Source: Candidatus Altimarinota bacterium (GTDB taxonomy: Bacteria; Patescibacteriota; Gracilibacteria; UBA4473). Taken from it: a stretch of 64,000 bases of DNA. The DNA lies in assembly GCA_965231215.1 (NCBI GenBank), contig OZ246423.1:576001-640000 (forward strand). Reading direction: 5' to 3'. The notes beneath the pieces were generated by a model. The model saw only the letters and a program-made list of their open reading frames with translations. It did no database searches and was not told the DNA's origin. Made by a program: the position numbers and the translations under genes. Position 1 is the stretch's first letter; every line of letters begins with the position of its first letter. Positions 58,621-64,000 of the stretch are shown in pieces.

Positions 58621-58630
58621 TTGTAGTCCG

Positions 58631-58659
58631 ATACTAAGCAAAACCCACATTCGATTCAA
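58631..58659 (-). promoter_or_regulatory. Promoter of the glyA leader
   Basis: TTGAAT-17 nt-TAGTAT, 10 nt before the leader ATG. Confidence 0.65.
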
Positions 58660-58675
58660 GATTTTTTTATGCTTT

Positions 58676-59362
58676 TTACAGAGACAAAAATAGAGCTTTG
58701 TTTTTCCCTAAGTCATAAGCGACTTTAGCAATTTCACATAATTTTTGATTGGTAAAAAAATGAGGCTGAAAAGCTTCAGCATCGATAATCCCGATAACCT
58801 TCCCCTCTTCATCAAAAATGGGGAGACAAAACTCGCTTTGAACCTGCACATCACAGGTGTAGTAAGGCCCTTCATATTGTTCGACACTTTGCACCACGAC
58901 CGCCTTACCAGAAAGCCCTACGGTAGAATTATTTGATCCCTTGGCAAACTCTGCATTTAGAGGAAACTCTCCTCGACTGAATCGACCATAATAAGCTTCT
59001 TTCAGCAAAATTGTCTCCCCTTCTAAATTCGTTGTCTTACGGTAAATACCAAGCCAATCAACGCCTGTAAGTTCTTGTAGGTGGGTTACAATTCGATTAA
59101 GCCTATAAAGCCTTAGCGTATTATCGTGTTTGGACAGATCAGCCTCTTCTAAACCAAGTGTTTTCTCCAAGCAATAAGGCTCTTGTGCCTTCAAACCGCA
59201 TCCTGCACCAGGAACAATCTCTGGGACAGAATAATGATAAAGTTGATTAATTTCTTCTTCAGAAAAATGCTCTACAGACTCCTGCAATGAGGTAGCAACA
59301 AACTTATTAAGGCTTTTTTTCACTGACAACTCTAAACCGATAGCCGATAGATAATGATCCAT
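58676..59362 (-). CDS. GAF-domain protein, free methionine-(R)-sulfoxide reductase (fRMsr/MsrC)-like
   Basis: VDWLGIY, YYTCD..VQSEFCLP, IGIIDAE. Confidence 0.7.
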   Translation of the reverse strand: MDHYLSAIGLELSVKKSLNKFVATSLQESVEHFSEEEINQLYHYSVPEIVPGAGCGLKAQEPYCLEKTLGLEEADLSKHDNTLRLYRLNRIVTHLQELTGVDWLGIYRKTTNLEGETILLKEAYYGRFSRGEFPLNAEFAKGSNNSTVGLSGKAVVVQSVEQYEGPYYTCDVQVQSEFCLPIFDEEGKVIGIIDAEAFQPHFFTNQKLCEIAKVAYDLGKNKALFLSL

Positions 59363-59368
59363 AATTTA

Positions 59369-60508
59369 TTAAGTTATTTGAGATAATATTTTTTGAGAAA
59401 ACTCTCCCTGGAATAAATTCACCCCATCCCTTGGAGTAATCGCTATCCCATTGTAAAAAATTCTTCCATTCCCAATTAATAAGGGAGAAAAGCTTTCATT
59501 AGTATTCACTGGATCTTGGGGAACCCGGCCTCCATTAACATTAAAAATAGGAATGGTCTTTGGTTTATAGCCGGTCGCCTGAATAATTACATCCGCCGCA
59601 TCTAGAACTTCTGAAATTTCTTCAACCTCACCGCCATAACCCAAGAATCTACTGTCTTCATCTTCTCCCGATTCTATTTTCTCATATCGGTCTTTTGCGT
59701 CCCCCCTTACTCCCTCAAACCTATGCACTTTTCCAGCATCAACATCTTCTTGTTTGTAGGCATAACTTGCATTTTCTGCTGCCGCTTCACTTGAATAATA
59801 CAATTTAAAGCCATTTCGATGACAAAGCGTAATAGGATCCAAAACTCCCGCAGCTCGGATATTATCAATACAAGAGAAGGCACTATGAGCCCCTCCAATG
59901 ACCACAATATTTTTGCCTTCAGCTCTCTCTCGAATTTCTTCATCGGAAAGACGTAAAAAATCATCAGAAAATACACGTTTATGGTCATTTTCTCCCAAGT
60001 TTAAAGGTTCTTGCTCGGCGCCAATCGAAAGAATCACATTTTTAGACACTACTATAGGCTCTCCGTCTGAGTCATAGGATACAACCTCTCCATCTTTATT
60101 AATTCGAAGGGAGCTAGCCTGAGCATCAATGATTGGGCTATTAGAATTCTGTGAAGACTTAAGAATCCCGGACAAAGCCCTCCCCACCTCAGCCTCAAAC
60201 CGTGCTATCGTTTTCAAGCAAATGATATCACCCCCTGTTTTACGAATTTCAGTGAGAAGATTACTTTTCCCCTCTAACTGATCTAAAACTGCTGCAGGAA
60301 CGGTTTCCAAAAAATCTGAAGCTGCAGAATTAGACCGAATTGAGTAACTTAATTTTCCCGATCCAAGATTTCTTTCAGGGCCAATCAATGCCAATCCTTT
60401 CTCCAATAGGGCCTCATACGAGAATCCGCCTTGCGATAAAGCTTTTAAAGGAATTCCTATGCCCGATGGACCGTTGCCGATTATCTGTGTTTCAAGTCTA
60501 TCTACCAT
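59369..60508 (-). CDS. FAD/NAD(P)-dependent oxidoreductase
   Basis: IIGNGPSG FAD motif, VVIGGAHSA second Rossmann motif, IQATGY. Confidence 0.75.
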   Translation of the reverse strand: MVDRLETQIIGNGPSGIGIPLKALSQGGFSYEALLEKGLALIGPERNLGSGKLSYSIRSNSAASDFLETVPAAVLDQLEGKSNLLTEIRKTGGDIICLKTIARFEAEVGRALSGILKSSQNSNSPIIDAQASSLRINKDGEVVSYDSDGEPIVVSKNVILSIGAEQEPLNLGENDHKRVFSDDFLRLSDEEIRERAEGKNIVVIGGAHSAFSCIDNIRAAGVLDPITLCHRNGFKLYYSSEAAAENASYAYKQEDVDAGKVHRFEGVRGDAKDRYEKIESGEDEDSRFLGYGGEVEEISEVLDAADVIIQATGYKPKTIPIFNVNGGRVPQDPVNTNESFSPLLIGNGRIFYNGIAITPRDGVNLFQGEFSQKILSQIT

Positions 60509-60579
60509 TTTAAAAAAAATTAAATAAAGAAATACCGCCCGAGTAGCCGGGGAAAACCTAGATCGTATTGATTAATTCC

Positions 60580-60660
60580 TTAACAACGTAGGTTCACCGC
60601 GACCACCGAAACGCTCATTTCGGTCATCATGTACATCATCAATTCTCGTAAGCTAAACAT
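60580..60660 (-). CDS. Met-rich leader peptide MFSLRELMMYMMTEMSVSVVAVNLRC
   Basis: ORF starts immediately after the methyltransferase stop (TAG-ATG); five internal Met codons; overlapping alternative hairpins. Confidence 0.7.
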   Translation of the reverse strand: MFSLRELMMYMMTEMSVSVVAVNLRC

Positions 60661-61281
60661 CTAAACTTTTGGGGTTAAACGAAAATATTGAGCTTCAGCT
60701 ATATCTGTTCCTGACACATTAACCGGCTTACGAACATAAGCTCGACCAATTCGTTCTACTCTATAACGATCGGTCACATAAGGCCGTGTCACCGTGCTGG
60801 CTGCATAAGAAATATCTTTCACATACAACGCCACCAATTCTTGCGCCGTCAGCGCCTCAATAACCCGACGTTGAATCGCACTGCCATCAACCCCACAGGC
60901 TGCAATATTTGGATTCTGTGGGAGGTTGGCCACAACCGTCCGCCCCTCTGCTCCCCACACATTATCGAGACTAAATTGACATTTCCCCCCTAAATTATTT
61001 GCAGTGGCATTATCTCGAGCAACACTCAATGAGGTTTTACACTTATCGGTGAGCAACACATTCTGCACTTGATCCTTAGTTGCCAACAGCAACCCTATGC
61101 ACCCCTTTCCACAACCAATATCTGCCATGTATGTAGACGGCCGAATCAATCCGTTTTGAATCAAATGCAATGCAGCCCTTCCAACATTTGAACGCTCGTG
61201 CACTCCAGGCAAGCTATGAAGTTCAAGCCCTAAATTTGGATCTGGTATATCTGGATAAATAGTAAGTGTGTCTAAAGGCAT
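60661..61281 (-). CDS. Class I SAM-dependent methyltransferase
   Basis: ADIGCGKGCIG, LLTD, ARDNA, VVANLPQ (NPP-like); start at ATG 61281 because the longer ORF runs through the terminator. Confidence 0.85.
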   Translation of the reverse strand: MPLDTLTIYPDIPDPNLGLELHSLPGVHERSNVGRAALHLIQNGLIRPSTYMADIGCGKGCIGLLLATKDQVQNVLLTDKCKTSLSVARDNATANNLGGKCQFSLDNVWGAEGRTVVANLPQNPNIAACGVDGSAIQRRVIEALTAQELVALYVKDISYAASTVTRPYVTDRYRVERIGRAYVRKPVNVSGTDIAEAQYFRLTPKV

Positions 61282-61298
61282 AAGGTAAAAATTTACAT

Positions 61299-61325
61299 AA
61301 AAAAACCCGCCGAAGTAGGCGGGTT
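61299..61325 (-). terminator. Attenuator terminator upstream of the methyltransferase
   Basis: AACCCGCC-tacttc-GGCGGGTT-TTTTT. Confidence 0.85.
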
Positions 61326-61351
61326 GGTACTTAGTTTCTTTTAATTTCTCA

Positions 61352-61408
61352 CTATGCACTAATCCGACCACTTCTCTTCAGAGAAGTCATCATCATAGTC
61401 ATAGCCAT
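61352..61408 (-). CDS. Met-rich leader peptide MAMTMMMTSLKRSGRISA
   Basis: ATG GCT ATG ACT ATG ATG ATG ACT...GCA TAG between a promoter and a terminator. Confidence 0.8.
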   Translation of the reverse strand: MAMTMMMTSLKRSGRISA

Positions 61409-61429
61409 GCTTAAATTTTGCACGGATTC

Positions 61430-61458
61430 AAAGTAATCTGAGTTTCCTTTTATGTCAA
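61430..61458 (-). promoter_or_regulatory. Promoter of the Met leader
   Basis: TTGACA-17 nt-TACTTT. Confidence 0.65.
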
Positions 61459-61477
61459 ATTTATTAAAATAAAAACA

Positions 61478-62080
61478 ATGTCAAAGCGCGTTAGAACCCA
61501 CACCAACCCACTCTCAATTCTGAAAGAAATCCATTTTGAGGGATTTGGTAATGACAAACCTCTATTTGTAGATGTAGGCGCTTTCAAGGGAGAATTTATG
61601 GATGAACTATCTACAAAATTTCCAGATCACAATTATATCTGTTTTGAACTCCGAACCCCTATAGCCAATGCCCTAAAAGAAAAATTCAAAGACCGAGATA
61701 ACTTTGTAGTCTTCGATGGGGATGCGGGAAGAAACTTTCGAAATATCGTAGAACCCTGTATCGCACAAGGCGCTAAAATCCAAAACATTTTTGTAAACTT
61801 TCCAGACCCTTGGTTCAAAGATAAACACAAAAAGCGGAGATTCATCACCGTTAAGTTTTTGAACGAAGTCGCCAAATGGCTCCCCAAAGAAACAGCCTTT
61901 ATTTTTCAAACAGATCAAAAATTTGTTTTTGATGAAACCCTCGAATATCTAGAAGAAACGCCCTATACCAATATTGAGTATTTTGAAGATTCCGCCTACG
62001 AAATCCCAACCGATTGGGAAAAAGTAAAATTAGCTCAAGGGGATCAAATTTGGAGAATGAAATTTTCTCAAAAAGCCTAA
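61478..62080 (+). CDS. trmB: tRNA (guanine-N7)-methyltransferase
   Basis: RVRTHTNP, VDVGAFKG, VNFPDPWFKDKHKKRR, QTD, PTDWE. Confidence 0.9.
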   Translation: MSKRVRTHTNPLSILKEIHFEGFGNDKPLFVDVGAFKGEFMDELSTKFPDHNYICFELRTPIANALKEKFKDRDNFVVFDGDAGRNFRNIVEPCIAQGAKIQNIFVNFPDPWFKDKHKKRRFITVKFLNEVAKWLPKETAFIFQTDQKFVFDETLEYLEETPYTNIEYFEDSAYEIPTDWEKVKLAQGDQIWRMKFSQKA

Positions 62081-62475
62081 CGCAACATCGGCAAACTTCC
62101 TACTAGTGAATTAACCGTCTTGGTTTCTCCCATGACTCCAACCCCAAGAACCGTAAGGTCTTTAAGTTTTTTACCTTTCACAGATTCAGCGTATTCTTCA
62201 TAGCTGGTAGTACATTGAGCTTCTTTGGTAAAAGGAATAAGTTTTAGTCCTAGTTCCTGAGCCTTGTAGCACAAAGATTCTAAAGAGACCTCTTTGGGTT
62301 TAAGAATAAGGATAGGAATCTTGGTGATAGGCAAAAACTCAACATCAGCTCCCTCAATTTTAGGTCCCACTAGTTCAGACTCTCCTGAAAAAATTCCAGA
62401 GCTAATACAGGCCACAGCATTGGCCAAAAACCCAGTTGGCAAAGAGGTATCGAGAACGATGGCAGATTTTTTCAT
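62077..62475 (-). CDS. DUF2000-family protein (PTH2-like fold)
   Basis: AIVLD..LP.G..ANA, PILIL, AQ.T.SYEEY, G....VN.L.GSLP.LR. Confidence 0.75.
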   Translation of the reverse strand: MKKSAIVLDTSLPTGFLANAVACISSGIFSGESELVGPKIEGADVEFLPITKIPILILKPKEVSLESLCYKAQELGLKLIPFTKEAQCTTSYEEYAESVKGKKLKDLTVLGVGVMGETKTVNSLVGSLPMLR

Positions 62476-62543
62476 TTTAATTTGTTAAAAAATTAACAGA
62501 CATGTTATAATTAGTACAAATGTTATAACCCGTCATAAATCTG

Positions 62544-63161
62544 ATGTCAAAAAATATTTCAACACTACTCCAAAAATACCCACTCATTACAACCTATGCC
62601 AACGCTGGGTTAGTGAACCTCAATGCCTTGGCCAGACTAATTCAACCAAATACTAAAAGCGTTTCCATTGAAGCCCTGGGGATGGAGCTCAGACGATATC
62701 TAGCAAAACAGGAAAAAACTAATATCCCAAAAGCTGACTTTTCGTCCTACGATTTAGAGGTGGTAAGTCGTAGCAACATAAAAGAACTTATCTTTGATAA
62801 AACTATTACAAACCGAAAATACTGCTTGAAACTAGCCACTGAGCTCCTAGAAAGTAAACACTTTTTTTCTCTGGTAGAGGGAGAAAAAGAAATAACCATT
62901 ATCACTGATGCTGATGGTAAAATTGTGGAGAGGTCAAAACCAGCCAATTTGCACCAAACTGAAAAGTTAGGTTTTATTTCTATAAACTTTCCTTTTGAAC
63001 TTAGGGCCAAACCTGGAATATACAGTGTACTGACATCTGCCTTAGCCGAGGAACACATTTCTATCCAGTCTTTCCATACTATAGGGGGAGAAATTATCAT
63101 CCTCGTTCACGAACAAGACCTCATCAAAACCCAAGAAATCTTTCAGTCTTTTTTCAATTAA
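62544..63161 (+). CDS. ACT-domain protein, paralog of 13876-14520
   Basis: GLVNLNALARLI, ALGMELRR, PGIYSVLTSALAEEHISI. Confidence 0.75.
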   Translation: MSKNISTLLQKYPLITTYANAGLVNLNALARLIQPNTKSVSIEALGMELRRYLAKQEKTNIPKADFSSYDLEVVSRSNIKELIFDKTITNRKYCLKLATELLESKHFFSLVEGEKEITIITDADGKIVERSKPANLHQTEKLGFISINFPFELRAKPGIYSVLTSALAEEHISIQSFHTIGGEIIILVHEQDLIKTQEIFQSFFN

Positions 63162-63192
63162 CAAAAAAGGGCGAAGAAAATTCACCCTTTTC
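63162..63192. terminator. Bidirectional terminator
   Basis: AAAAGGGCGAA-gaaaa-TTCACCCTTTT between convergent genes. Confidence 0.65.
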
Positions 63193-63211
63193 CCTAACAT
63201 TTACTTTTAAG

Positions 63212-64000
63212 CTATCGAGCTACTCCTTCAAAACGAGAATCCCTGATTACCACTACTTTCACCTGTCCAGGATACTGACAGTTTTGTTCTACCTTCGTGG
63301 CGATATCAATAGCGAGTTTTTCAGAGTCTAGATCGTTTACTTCTGCCGCATCTACAAAGACTCGAACTTCTCTCCCAGCTTGGATGGCAAATACTTTTTC
63401 AACGCCTTCAAAAGAACCAGCAATAGCTTCAAGTTCTTTAAGTCGCTTAATGTATTTATCCAGTGTCTCACGTCTCGCTCCAGGCCGAGAAGCTGAAATG
63501 GCATCAGCCGCTTGCAACACACGGGCTTCTAAAGATTCATACGGGAAGTCTTCATGATGTGATTTCATCGCTACAATTACAGGTTCTTCAATCCCAAATT
63601 TCTGCAAAATTTCCATCCCAATGACAGCATGTCCTCCTTCTACTTCATGCGAAACGGCTTTCCCGATATCGTGAAGGAGTCCGGCTTTTTTGAGCATTTC
63701 ACTATCGGCTCCAGGAAGGTAGTTGGCAATCCCTTCGGCAAGATAGGCTACTTCAATAGAGTGCTGTAATACATTCTGTCCGTAAGAAGACCGAAATCTA
63801 AGCTTACCAGTAAGTTTCAAAATTGGATCTGGAAGCCCCGTAACTCCAAGGTCATATGCTGCTTTCTGGCCCAGCTCAATAAGTAGCTTGTCTGCTTTTT
63901 GTTCTGCTTTTTCTACGGCTTCTTCAATTTTAGAAGGGTGAATCCGTCCATCCTTAATCAGGTTTTCTAAAGCAATTTTAGCAATAAATCTTCGGAAAGT
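63212..64000 (-). CDS. rny: Ribonuclease Y (5' end outside window)
   Basis: DGRIHP, RSSYGQNVLQHS, LLHDIGK, AADAISASRPGAR, AIQAGREVRV. Confidence 0.96.
   Translation of the reverse strand, partial: TFRRFIAKIALENLIKDGRIHPSKIEEAVEKAEQKADKLLIELGQKAAYDLGVTGLPDPILKLTGKLRFRSSYGQNVLQHSIEVAYLAEGIANYLPGADSEMLKKAGLLHDIGKAVSHEVEGGHAVIGMEILQKFGIEEPVIVAMKSHHEDFPYESLEARVLQAADAISASRPGARRETLDKYIKRLKELEAIAGSFEGVEKVFAIQAGREVRVFVDAAEVNDLDSEKLAIDIATKVEQNCQYPGQVKVVVIRDSRFEGVAR

Noticed and set aside
61282-61371. N-terminal extension of the methyltransferase in the ORF track
   Set aside because: It runs through the attenuator terminator; the likely start is ATG 61281
1-64000. Genetic code 25 (TGA=Gly) as in some Gracilibacteria
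   Set aside because: Long genes are intact under code 11, and TGA ends trpB, serB and 17194-17406 in ATGA overlaps
1-64000. CRISPR arrays, tRNA or rRNA genes, prophage
   Set aside because: No regularly spaced repeats, cloverleaf or rRNA signatures, or phage genes recognised

Overview
Gene-dense, AT-rich bacterial chromosome segment using the standard genetic code: TGA acts as a stop in ATGA overlaps, e.g. trpB/trpA and serB/next gene. The gene families (TrmB regulator, truncated HolB, SLH surface protein, IleRS with inserted domains, weak Shine-Dalgarno signals) suggest a Patescibacteria/CPR lineage, Peregrinibacteria/Gracilibacteria-like; this assignment is inference. It carries housekeeping genes (lepA, ileS, yidC-rnpA-rpmH, frr, der, recF, aspS, efp, grpE, mnmA, trmB, rny), many amino-acid and nucleotide genes (ilvA, aroD, trpCFBA, serABC, glyA, purH, guaB), a 1412-aa S-layer protein, and a RAYT-type transposase with its own palindrome family. 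The most striking signal is an unannotated layer of RNA and ribosome-based regulation. (1) Two leader ORFs ending in the same peptide, RPSGKGRKE[IV]-stop, conserved through synonymous codon changes, each followed by a terminator, lie in front of serA-serC and glyA. (2) Two Met-codon-rich leader peptides with classical attenuator architecture control a methyltransferase / FAD oxidoreductase / fRMsr-like cluster. (3) A short-Stem-I Ile T-box coupled to a terminator lies upstream of an ileS...ilvA operon.
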